This document shows positions 1-8,313 of a stretch of DNA of 27,071 bases, piece after piece. Location of the stretch: positions 1-27,071 of the forward strand of contig JAABVY010000363.1 in NCBI GenBank assembly GCA_011777135.1, in the 5' to 3' direction. Made by a program: the position numbers and the translations under genes. The stretch comes from Candidatus Zixiibacteriota bacterium. GTDB lineage: Bacteria; Zixibacteria; MSB-5A5; JAABVY01. The notes below the pieces were generated by a model, which saw only the letters and a program-made list of their open reading frames with translations, made no database searches and was not told the DNA's origin. Numbering within the stretch: the first letter of the stretch is position 1; every line of letters starts with the position of its first letter.

Positions 1-531
1 GGTCTGGTGAAAGCCTATAAAGATAAATATGACGATCTCTCAATAATCCAGCTTGATGCACATGCTGATCTGCGGGATTCCTATCAGGGCAATAAGTTTT
101 CCCATGCCTGCGTTATGAGAAGAATCCGGGAATTTATCTCCCAAACCGCCGGAGTGGGAATAAGGAATATTTCAAAAGAGGAATATAAGCTGATCCAGCA
201 TGATGAAATTCCGATTATATCGGCCACAGAAATGCATGAATCCTCTGCCTGGATGACCAAAGTTCTTGATAAACTGAGCAAAAATGTCTATCTGACAATC
301 GACTGCGATTTTTTTGATCCGTCCATAATGCCCGCGGTCGGCACTCCCGAGCCGGGCGGCGGATTATGGTATCCAACCCTGGAATTCCTGAGAAAACTCG
401 CTATTTCCAAAAATATAATCGGATTCGATGTGGTTGAACTGTCTCCCCTGCCAGTCAATAATGTCTCTGAATTCACAGCGGCAAGACTTATCTATAAGCT
501 GATCGGATACATATCCAGGTTTCAAAAATAG
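1..531 (+). CDS. speB: Agmatinase (ureohydrolase family), 5'-truncated by window edge
   Basis: Open frame from base 1; Mn-binding motifs QLDAHADLRD and IDCDFFDPSIMPAVGTPEPGG; FDVVELSP. Confidence 0.9.
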   Translation, partial: GLVKAYKDKYDDLSIIQLDAHADLRDSYQGNKFSHACVMRRIREFISQTAGVGIRNISKEEYKLIQHDEIPIISATEMHESSAWMTKVLDKLSKNVYLTIDCDFFDPSIMPAVGTPEPGGGLWYPTLEFLRKLAISKNIIGFDVVELSPLPVNNVSEFTAARLIYKLIGYISRFQK

Positions 532-534
532 AAG

Positions 535-1038
535 CTATTTAAGAATCGGCTGAAGCATCTCCTCCTGCTCTTTGGCCACTTTTTTCATGACTTCCTCGAT
601 TGTTCCCCCGAACATCTTGCTCATCAAACCGACATTAATACCGGCAATATAGACCTTGCCATTTTCAGTCTCATAGACGCTGATCCGGCAGGGCATCATA
701 GCCGAAACCTTTTTTCTGCCGTCAGCTTTAAGAATTTCCTCGGCATATTCCGGTTTACAGATGGAGAAGACCCTCATATTACCGATATCCTGCTTCCCGT
801 GATCAAGAAGGCTCTGCTGAATATTATAAACCTTGGAGACAGTCCAGCCATTGGAAGTCGCGGCTTCCTGAATCTTGCTGACTGTTTGTTCGAAGTCGAG
901 TTTGCTCTCCTGTACATCGATCATCATACGCGGCAGCGAGAATGCCACAATAAATCCGGTTAGTGCAATTCCGAGTATGAGTCCGCCGATAAAAAATGAG
1001 ATCCTGTATCCTCTTGACTGACTTTTTTCCTCCGACAT
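535..1038 (-). CDS. DUF302 domain protein with N-terminal TM anchor
   Basis: Hydrophobic segment ISFFIGGLILGIALTGFIVAF, then ESKLDFEQTVSKI...ICKP...MMPCRISVYE typical of DUF302; start at ATG 1038 (GGAG 6 nt upstream). Confidence 0.78.
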   Translation of the reverse strand: MSEEKSQSRGYRISFFIGGLILGIALTGFIVAFSLPRMMIDVQESKLDFEQTVSKIQEAATSNGWTVSKVYNIQQSLLDHGKQDIGNMRVFSICKPEYAEEILKADGRKKVSAMMPCRISVYETENGKVYIAGINVGLMSKMFGGTIEEVMKKVAKEQEEMLQPILK

Positions 1039-1058
1039 ATCCAACTCCATTTAAGAAA

Positions 1059-2144
1059 TTACAAAATTCTTTCACCATTTTTACCATCAAACAGCAGGCA
1101 ATTTTGGGGGTTCACAAACAGCTCAATTTTTTCGCCCTCCTCCGACGGTATAGCTTTGCCGCTCTTTACCCTCAGCTCCTCGTTGCCCAGCGTGCAGAAC
1201 AACACATGCCGGTCTCCGGCAAATTCAGTGTGAAGCACCTCTGTCTTCAAGACAAGATCATCCTGATTATGTCTCTGATAAAATAGATTTTCAGGCCGAA
1301 TACCCAATACTACAAATTCCGTCTTTCCATTATGCAAAGTCCTGCGCCAGCTTTCGGCGATCGGCACTTCTGCGTCATTACCGATAGCTATCACACTATC
1401 ATCGGAAATTCTTGCCTCCAGCAGATTGATCCGGGGGCTGCCGACGAATGATGCGGTGAAGACATTCGCGGGCTGATCGTAAATTTCCTGCGGACTGCCG
1501 ATCTGCTGTATTCTCCCCTCGTTCAATATCGCTATTCTATCACCAAGCGAGAGCGCCTCCTCCTGATCGTGCGTGACATAAATCATGGTGGCATTCAGTG
1601 TCCTCTGCAGGCTGGAGATTTCCGCCCGGGTTGAGACTCTCAGCTTTGCATCCAGATTCGACAGGGGTTCATCAAAAAGGAAAACGCTCGGATTCCTGAC
1701 AAGGGCTCGTCCCAGTGCTACTCGCTGCCTCTGCCCGCCGGAAAGAGTCTTGGGTTTGCGTTCTAGGAGTTCGGTTAACCCCAGAAGCCCCGCCTGTTTC
1801 TGTACTATCTCCCTGATCTGATCCCCGGGGAACTTCTTGACCTTGAGCGGAAATGCCAGGTTGTCGTATATTGTCATATGGGGATAGAGAGCATAATTCT
1901 GAAATACCATGGCCACATTCCGGTCCTTGGGAGCGACATTATTAATGGCCCTTCCGTTAATAAGTATCTCCCCCTCATCTAAATATTCCAGCCCCGCAAT
2001 CAACCTCAAAATTGTAGACTTTCCGCATCCCGAGGGGCCAAGAAGCACAAATAGCTCACCGTCCTTTATTCTGAGGTTTAAATCATGTACGACTATCGTT
2101 TTTCCAAAGGCTTTGGAAACAGCTTTGAACTCGAGATCGGCCAT
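1059..2144 (-). CDS. Carbohydrate ABC transporter ATP-binding protein (MalK/MsmX/UgpC family)
   Basis: Walker A GPSGCGKST, VFQNYALYPHM, signature LSGGQRQR, Walker B FLFDEPLSNLD, YVTHDQEEA, C-terminal TOBE-like region. Confidence 0.93.
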   Translation of the reverse strand: MADLEFKAVSKAFGKTIVVHDLNLRIKDGELFVLLGPSGCGKSTILRLIAGLEYLDEGEILINGRAINNVAPKDRNVAMVFQNYALYPHMTIYDNLAFPLKVKKFPGDQIREIVQKQAGLLGLTELLERKPKTLSGGQRQRVALGRALVRNPSVFLFDEPLSNLDAKLRVSTRAEISSLQRTLNATMIYVTHDQEEALSLGDRIAILNEGRIQQIGSPQEIYDQPANVFTASFVGSPRINLLEARISDDSVIAIGNDAEVPIAESWRRTLHNGKTEFVVLGIRPENLFYQRHNQDDLVLKTEVLHTEFAGDRHVLFCTLGNEELRVKSGKAIPSEEGEKIELFVNPQNCLLFDGKNGERIL

Positions 2145-2272
2145 GCCTCTAAAAAAGTTGAAAAAAGCTTATTATCAAGAACAATCAGAGCTCAAGGCCT
2201 CTTTTTTATTTTACAAGTGCAAATATCTTTTATATATCTAAAAGAAATCATACTGAGGAGAAAGGGAGTTAT

Positions 2273-3613
2273 ATGGCAGATATAAAAGATGAGATCTTCA
2301 AAGCTTATGACGTCAGGGGCATATACGGTGACACATTGACCGATGAAATCGCCTATCTTTTCGGGCGGGGGCTGGTTCAATATTTGGGAGCTTCCAATGT
2401 CGCGATAGGTTATGACATGAGAAAATCATCCCCTTCCCTTGCTGAAAATATGATTCGCGGTATTTCTGATCAGGGAGCAAATGCCGCCGAGCTGGGCGAA
2501 ATTTCAACCGACAGCCTCTATTTTGCTGTGGGAAAATTCGGGTATCCGGCCGGGGTGATGATCACAGCCTCACATAATCCGCCTGAATATAATGGTTTTA
2601 AGGTCTGCCGCGAGAATGCTATCCCGCTCTCGGGGGATCAGGGCTTGAATCAGATTCGAGATTTGATGAGGCGAGGTTTTAAGGATGTACCTCACAAGGG
2701 TAAAAAGACGGAACGTGATATTCGAGAAGCTTTCAGCAAACATGTGCTTTCTTTTATCGATGCTAATAAAATCAAGCCCTTTAAGATCGTGATTGATGCC
2801 GGCAATGGAATGGGGGGGAAGATATTGCCTCCCGTTTTCGAGAAGCTGCCCTGCGAGGTTAACCCGATGTATTTCGAGCTTGACGGCACATTCCCGAATC
2901 ATCCCGCCAATCCAATAGAACCCGAAAATATCAAGGATTTGCAGGAAAAGGTGAGGGAAACAAGGGCCTTTCTGGGAGCGGCCTTTGATGGCGATGCCGA
3001 CAGGATGTTTTTGATCGATGAAAACTCAAAACCTATGGGTGGGGATATGGTAACAGCTATGGTGGCCCGCAACCTTCTCAAAAAGGAGCCCGGCGCGACA
3101 ATAGTCTATAATCTGATCTGCTCCAAAACCGTGCCGGAGACAATCGAGAAGTTTGGCGGAAAACCAATCCGCACCAAAGTGGGCCATGCATTGATTAAAC
3201 CTATCATGCGTGAGCACGATGCCGTCTTTGGGGGGGAACATTCGGGACATTTCTACTTCCGCAACAATTACTTCGCAGATTCCGGTATAATCGCTCTTCT
3301 GGTGGTCCTGGAGCTGCTCTCGAATGAAGATAAGTCATTGTCGGAGCTGGTTTCAGAGATAGATCCCTACGTCCGTTCCGGTGAAATCAACAGCCGGGTT
3401 GAAGATATTCCATCCAAGCTGGAAGAGATCAAAAAACATTATAAGGATCTGGAATTCGATGAACTGGACGGTGTTACGGTTGAGGGCGATAACTTCTGGT
3501 TCAATGTTCGCCCCTCAAACACTGAGCCGCTCCTGCGCTTGAATCTCGAGGCAGATAATGAAGAAGTCATGCGGGAGAAGACGTCCGAAGTTCTTGAATT
3601 AATACGGAGTTAG
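2273..3613 (+). CDS. Phosphomannomutase/phosphoglucomutase
   Basis: FKAYDVRG, phosphoserine loop TASHNP, metal loop FDGDADR, GEHSGH, VRPSNTEP. Confidence 0.93.
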   Translation: MADIKDEIFKAYDVRGIYGDTLTDEIAYLFGRGLVQYLGASNVAIGYDMRKSSPSLAENMIRGISDQGANAAELGEISTDSLYFAVGKFGYPAGVMITASHNPPEYNGFKVCRENAIPLSGDQGLNQIRDLMRRGFKDVPHKGKKTERDIREAFSKHVLSFIDANKIKPFKIVIDAGNGMGGKILPPVFEKLPCEVNPMYFELDGTFPNHPANPIEPENIKDLQEKVRETRAFLGAAFDGDADRMFLIDENSKPMGGDMVTAMVARNLLKKEPGATIVYNLICSKTVPETIEKFGGKPIRTKVGHALIKPIMREHDAVFGGEHSGHFYFRNNYFADSGIIALLVVLELLSNEDKSLSELVSEIDPYVRSGEINSRVEDIPSKLEEIKKHYKDLEFDELDGVTVEGDNFWFNVRPSNTEPLLRLNLEADNEEVMREKTSEVLELIRS

Positions 3614-3670
3614 TGCAGAGATCAGCCTTATCTGCCGATTAATTAATAGGATATTAGTTTGGTATGGAAA

Positions 3671-4429
3671 ATGGCTGAGAGAACACACAGAATCCTGATA
3701 GTCGACGATGACGAAAATCTCTTGAGGCTCCTGAGCGAGACCCTGGAGGCTATCGGTTATACTGCGCTCAGCGCCAATGACGGCCTGCGGGCGATACAGA
3801 TGGTCAAATCTGAGCAGATCGACCTGGTGATCGCAGATATCAGCATGCCCGAAATGGATGGCCTTCAGCTTTTGCAGCAGATTAAGGAGTACAATCAGGA
3901 TATTCCGGTACTCTTGATCACAGGCGTCAATATGAATAATATTAAAGACAGAGTCTATCAATATGGCGCCGATGCTTTCCTCGACAAGCCATTCAGAATC
4001 TCCCGCATCGAGCAGCTCTTGAACAGGCTTCTGACCCAGAAGGGTAATCGGGCCAAAATTCTGGTGGTCGATGATAACAAGGAATTCAGAGAACAGTTCG
4101 CCTCGCAGCTTGAGGAAATGGGATTTCGTGTGATCGAGGCCGCCGACGGAAGCGAGGCTCTGGAGAAGCTATCAAAAGATCATATCGATTCGGTCGTGGC
4201 CGATTACCGCATGCCCGACATCAACGGCCTGGAGCTTGCCAGGCGTTTAAAAAACGATGCGCCCTTTACTCGTGTAATTATAATTTCCGGCCAATCCCTG
4301 AGCCCCGAGGATGAAATTCTATTGAATGAATCTGCGGACGCATTCCTTCCAAAGCCCTTCAGGATGGAGCAGATCCAGAAAATGCTCAACAGCTTCATCA
4401 AATCCGGACATAAAGTAACCCAAAAGTAA
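3671..4429 (+). CDS. Response regulator made of two tandem receiver domains, no output domain
   Basis: REC1 ILIVDDD...IADISMPEMDG...LDKPF; REC2 ILVVDDN...VADYRMPDING...LPKPF; start set at ATG 3671 (ORF track begins at TTG 3659). Confidence 0.88.
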   Translation: MAERTHRILIVDDDENLLRLLSETLEAIGYTALSANDGLRAIQMVKSEQIDLVIADISMPEMDGLQLLQQIKEYNQDIPVLLITGVNMNNIKDRVYQYGADAFLDKPFRISRIEQLLNRLLTQKGNRAKILVVDDNKEFREQFASQLEEMGFRVIEAADGSEALEKLSKDHIDSVVADYRMPDINGLELARRLKNDAPFTRVIIISGQSLSPEDEILLNESADAFLPKPFRMEQIQKMLNSFIKSGHKVTQK

Positions 4430-4446
4430 TTTACCGCCTAAATCAT

Positions 4447-4474
4447 TTGACTTTTATTCTTCCGCGTTTAAATT
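4447..4474 (+). promoter_or_regulatory. Candidate sigma70 promoter for the aconitase run
   Basis: TTGACT-N16-TAAATT about 30 bp upstream of ATG 4506. Confidence 0.4.
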
Positions 4475-4505
4475 ACTCTGTTTAAGATAAACGCACGGAG
4501 GAAAA

Positions 4506-6434
4506 ATGGCATTAACATTGACTTACAAAATACTGAAAAAACACCTTGTTGACGGCGAGCTTACCGCCGGAAAAGAAATCGGGATAAAGATTGACCAGAC
4601 ACTGACTCAGGATGCCACAGGAACAATGAGTTATCTTCAATTTGAAGCTCTGGGCATGAAACAAGTAAAAACCAAGCTTTCTGTATCCTATGTTGATCAT
4701 AACACGTTGCAGTCCGGCTTCGAGAATGCCGATGACCATCGCTACCTTCAATCGGTAGCTTCCAAATATGGCATATTGTTCTCGCGTCCCGGCAATGGTA
4801 TCTGCCACCAGGTACATCTGGAGAGGTTCGCAGTGCCCGGCTGGACACTACTGGGCTCAGATTCTCACACTCCCACGTCAGGCGGATTGGGTATGATCGC
4901 AATCGGAGCAGGCGGTCTTGATGTCGCTGTTGCCATGGGCGGCGGAGCTTTTTACCTTCCCTGCCCCAGGGTCGTGGGAGTAAAACTGACAGGCAAACTC
5001 AAACCCTGGGTAACCGCAAAAGACATTATCCTGAAAGTTCTGGAGGAACTGACAGTTAAAGGCGGAGTGGGCAATATCATAGAATATTTCGGCCCGGGTG
5101 TCAAGACACTCACGGTACCGGAGAGGGCCACTATCACAAATATGGGCGCAGAACTCGGCGCGACCACCTCGATTTTTCCTTCCGACGAGCAGACCGAAAG
5201 ATTCCTGAAAGCCCAGGAGAGGCCAAAAGTATATAAACCGATGACCGCCGATGACGGCGCGGAATATGACAAGGTGGTGGAAATCAATCTGGATAAACTT
5301 GTGCCATTAATAGCCCAGCCGCATTCGCCGGATAATGTGGTTCCGGTTTCAAAAGTGGCCGGGAAAGAAGTACATCAGGTATGTATAGGGTCATGCACAA
5401 ATTCGTCTATCAAGGATCTTCGTGTAGTGGGGAAAGTGCTTTCCGGCAAGGCTGTCAACCCCAATTTATCTATGACAATATCTCCGGGATCACAGCAGGT
5501 TTTGAGGATGGCTTCCGAGGATGGTTCGCTTACCAATATGATCGCCGCCGGCGCCAGGATACTGGAATCCGCATGCGGACCATGTATAGGTATGGGCCAG
5601 GCGCCGCCTTCAGGAGGTGTTTCAGTCAGGTCGTTTAACCGCAATTTCCCCGGCAGATCGGGTACCAAAGATGCCCAGGTATACCTGGCTTCACCGGAAA
5701 CATGTGTAGCGACCGCGATAAAGGGTAAGATCACGGATCCGCGTAAACTGGGTGAATATCCGCGTATTACCATGCCGAAGAGATTCATAATCGACGACAG
5801 AAATATTATCAAACCCTCAAAGAATCCTGATAAAGTCGAAGTTGAACGCGGCCCGAATATTGCGCCGGTGCCGGTTCGCGGCAAAATGGAAGACACAATC
5901 TCAGCCAAGCTCCTTCTCCATCTGGAAGACAATATTACCACCGACCATATCATGCCGGCGGGAGCAAGGATTCTACCTCTAAGGTCAAACATTCCGGCTA
6001 TCAGCGACTTCGTCTTCCACTATATCGATCAGGATTTCCCGCGCAGGGCCAAGGAAGCTGGTTCCTCCGCTGTCGTTGGAGGAGAAAATTACGGCCAGGG
6101 CTCATCGCGTGAACATGCCGCTTTAGCGCCCATGTATCTGGGCTTGAAATTTGTGATCGCCAAGTCGTTCGCCCGTATCCACAAGACTAACCTGGTCAAT
6201 TTCGGCATCCTGCCATTGACATTTAAAAATGCCAAGGATTATGATCGATTGGAACCGGGCGATGAACTGGTCATAAAAAATGTGACCTCAAGTCTGAAGA
6301 AAGGCGAGGACATGGAAGTCGAGAATAAGACCAGAGACTTCTCGTTCCCCGTGTCATATGAGCTTTCAGACCGCCAGGTAAAAATCCTTCTGGCAGGCGG
6401 GCTCTTAAATTATACCAAGAAAGCCCAGGGCTGA
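4506..6434 (+). CDS. acn: Aconitate hydratase, short (642 aa) Aquifex-type
   Basis: SYVDHN, GICHQVH, GSDSHT, Fe-S ligands CIGSCTN and CGPCIGM, SFNRNFPGR, swivel domain NITTDHIMP and YGQGSSREHAA. Confidence 0.9.
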   Translation: MALTLTYKILKKHLVDGELTAGKEIGIKIDQTLTQDATGTMSYLQFEALGMKQVKTKLSVSYVDHNTLQSGFENADDHRYLQSVASKYGILFSRPGNGICHQVHLERFAVPGWTLLGSDSHTPTSGGLGMIAIGAGGLDVAVAMGGGAFYLPCPRVVGVKLTGKLKPWVTAKDIILKVLEELTVKGGVGNIIEYFGPGVKTLTVPERATITNMGAELGATTSIFPSDEQTERFLKAQERPKVYKPMTADDGAEYDKVVEINLDKLVPLIAQPHSPDNVVPVSKVAGKEVHQVCIGSCTNSSIKDLRVVGKVLSGKAVNPNLSMTISPGSQQVLRMASEDGSLTNMIAAGARILESACGPCIGMGQAPPSGGVSVRSFNRNFPGRSGTKDAQVYLASPETCVATAIKGKITDPRKLGEYPRITMPKRFIIDDRNIIKPSKNPDKVEVERGPNIAPVPVRGKMEDTISAKLLLHLEDNITTDHIMPAGARILPLRSNIPAISDFVFHYIDQDFPRRAKEAGSSAVVGGENYGQGSSREHAALAPMYLGLKFVIAKSFARIHKTNLVNFGILPLTFKNAKDYDRLEPGDELVIKNVTSSLKKGEDMEVENKTRDFSFPVSYELSDRQVKILLAGGLLNYTKKAQG

Positions 6435-6440
6435 TACAAA

Positions 6441-7541
6441 ATGAGTGAAGCGAAGAAAACTCCATATTATGATAAACATATTGAGGCCGGCGCCAGGATA
6501 GCGGAATTTGCGGGCTATCTGATGCCGATCCAGTATAAGTCCATCAACTCGGAACATCTAAAGGTGCGCAACTCGGTTGGCATGTTCGACCTCTCCCACA
6601 TGGGCGAGTTCAGGGTCTCCGGAAATAATGCGATTGATTTCCTGCAGAAAATGACTGTTAATGACGTCTCCGAGCTGGCGAAAAATCAGGTGCATTATAC
6701 CTGCATGTGCTATCCCACTGGCGGTATCGTGGATGATCTTTTGATTTACAACCGAGGCGATCATTATCTTATGGTCGTGAACGCTGCCTGCCTTGAAAAG
6801 GACTTCGAATGGTTGAAGGATCATCTGGAGGGCGCAGTTAAGCTGGAAAATCTCTCCGACCAGACCGGACTTCTGGCGATTCAGGGTCCTAACGCGGAAA
6901 AAGTCCTCTCTAATATGACAGACTATAACCTCTCCGAATTGGCATTTTACTGGTCGGATGAAACCGAAATTGCCGGGGAGAAAGTTCTTTTCAGCCGTAC
7001 TGGATATACCGGCGAAGATGGTTTTGAGATCTATCACCGTCCAGAAATTGCAGATAAATTGTGGGAGGCCGCACTCGACGCCGGCAAGGAGTTAGAAATT
7101 GAACCTATTGGTCTTGGAGCAAGGGATTCCCTGCGGATGGAAATGAAATATATGCTTTACGGAAATGATATCGACAGCACGACCAATCCTGTGGAAGCCG
7201 GATTGTCATGGATAGTGAAGCTGGACAAGGGCGATTTTATCGGAAAAGATGCAATTGCGGAAGTTAAAGAGAACAAGCCTGACAGAAAACTAATTTGCTT
7301 TGAACTTGAGAATAAAGGGATACCCCGGCATGGATATAATATATATTCTGAGGGCAATGATGTCGGATATGTCTCTTCGGGGACATACTCCCCTGTTCTC
7401 GAAAAAGGAATCGGGCTGGGATATGTACCCAGAAACCGGTCGAAATCAGGTCGGGAGATTGAAATCGAAATACGCGGCAAGCGCCTACCGGCGACTATTG
7501 TAAAGCCGCCTTTCTATAAGGACGGTTCGCTGAAAAAATGA
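6441..7541 (+). CDS. gcvT: Glycine cleavage system aminomethyltransferase T
   Basis: KKTPYYD, GMFDLSHMGEF, VVNAA, SRTGYTGEDGFEI, GLGARDSLRME, VSSGTYSP. Confidence 0.95.
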   Translation: MSEAKKTPYYDKHIEAGARIAEFAGYLMPIQYKSINSEHLKVRNSVGMFDLSHMGEFRVSGNNAIDFLQKMTVNDVSELAKNQVHYTCMCYPTGGIVDDLLIYNRGDHYLMVVNAACLEKDFEWLKDHLEGAVKLENLSDQTGLLAIQGPNAEKVLSNMTDYNLSELAFYWSDETEIAGEKVLFSRTGYTGEDGFEIYHRPEIADKLWEAALDAGKELEIEPIGLGARDSLRMEMKYMLYGNDIDSTTNPVEAGLSWIVKLDKGDFIGKDAIAEVKENKPDRKLICFELENKGIPRHGYNIYSEGNDVGYVSSGTYSPVLEKGIGLGYVPRNRSKSGREIEIEIRGKRLPATIVKPPFYKDGSLKK

Positions 7542-8263
7542 ATATACGTTTATTTTTTACACCTGCAGGTATCGGCGAAGAGCAGATTAATGGCAGGACA
7601 GCAGTGGTAATAGATATATTGAGAGCAACTACAGTAGCAGCGGTTGCCCTCGGCAATGGAGCGAGAGAGATAATCCCGGTCACCAACCTGGGAGATGCCA
7701 CCAGTTTGCGGGAAAAGCTGGACCGCAGCGCGGTACAGCTTGGCGGCGAACGTGAGGGACAGAAGGTAGATGGATTCGATCTGGGTAATTCACCTTTTGA
7801 ATACGGTCCTGACGCCGTGGAGAATAAGACCGTGATTCTGGCCACGACCAATGGTTCCGCCGCTATCCTCAAGGGCGGAGAAGCAAAGTACTGCCTATCA
7901 TGTGCCTTTGTAAATTTAACCGCAACGCTGGAAAAGATCCTGGAAATCAAAGATGATATATCTGTAATCTGCGCCGGAAACAAAGGAGGATTTTCACTTG
8001 AGGACGCGCTCTGCGGGGGCATGTTAGTGGACAAGCTACTCGCCTCTGGCGGAAACATGGAACTCGATAACGACGCCGCATTTGTATCCCAAGGTTTGTA
8101 TCACAAACACAGGGATAACCTGGAGGAAGCGCTGCATAAATCAGACCATGGAAAATACCTGGACAGCCTCGGTTTCTCCAATGATGTATCATTCTGTGCG
8201 CAGAAGGATAGCCTCTCCATTTGCCCGGTCTGGCAATCGGGACGCCTAACTCTCCTGGAATAA
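7538..8263 (+). CDS. comB: 2-phosphosulfolactate phosphatase (ComB family)
   Basis: VVIDILRATT, GGER, GNSP, LATTNGS, CAG...LEDALCGG; ATGA overlap with gcvT stop. Confidence 0.88.
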   Translation: MNIRLFFTPAGIGEEQINGRTAVVIDILRATTVAAVALGNGAREIIPVTNLGDATSLREKLDRSAVQLGGEREGQKVDGFDLGNSPFEYGPDAVENKTVILATTNGSAAILKGGEAKYCLSCAFVNLTATLEKILEIKDDISVICAGNKGGFSLEDALCGGMLVDKLLASGGNMELDNDAAFVSQGLYHKHRDNLEEALHKSDHGKYLDSLGFSNDVSFCAQKDSLSICPVWQSGRLTLLE

Positions 8264-8313
8264 GAAGTGAACATTTCCCCAATTCCGCTGTATTATGAGA
8301 GAAGGAGGATTCT

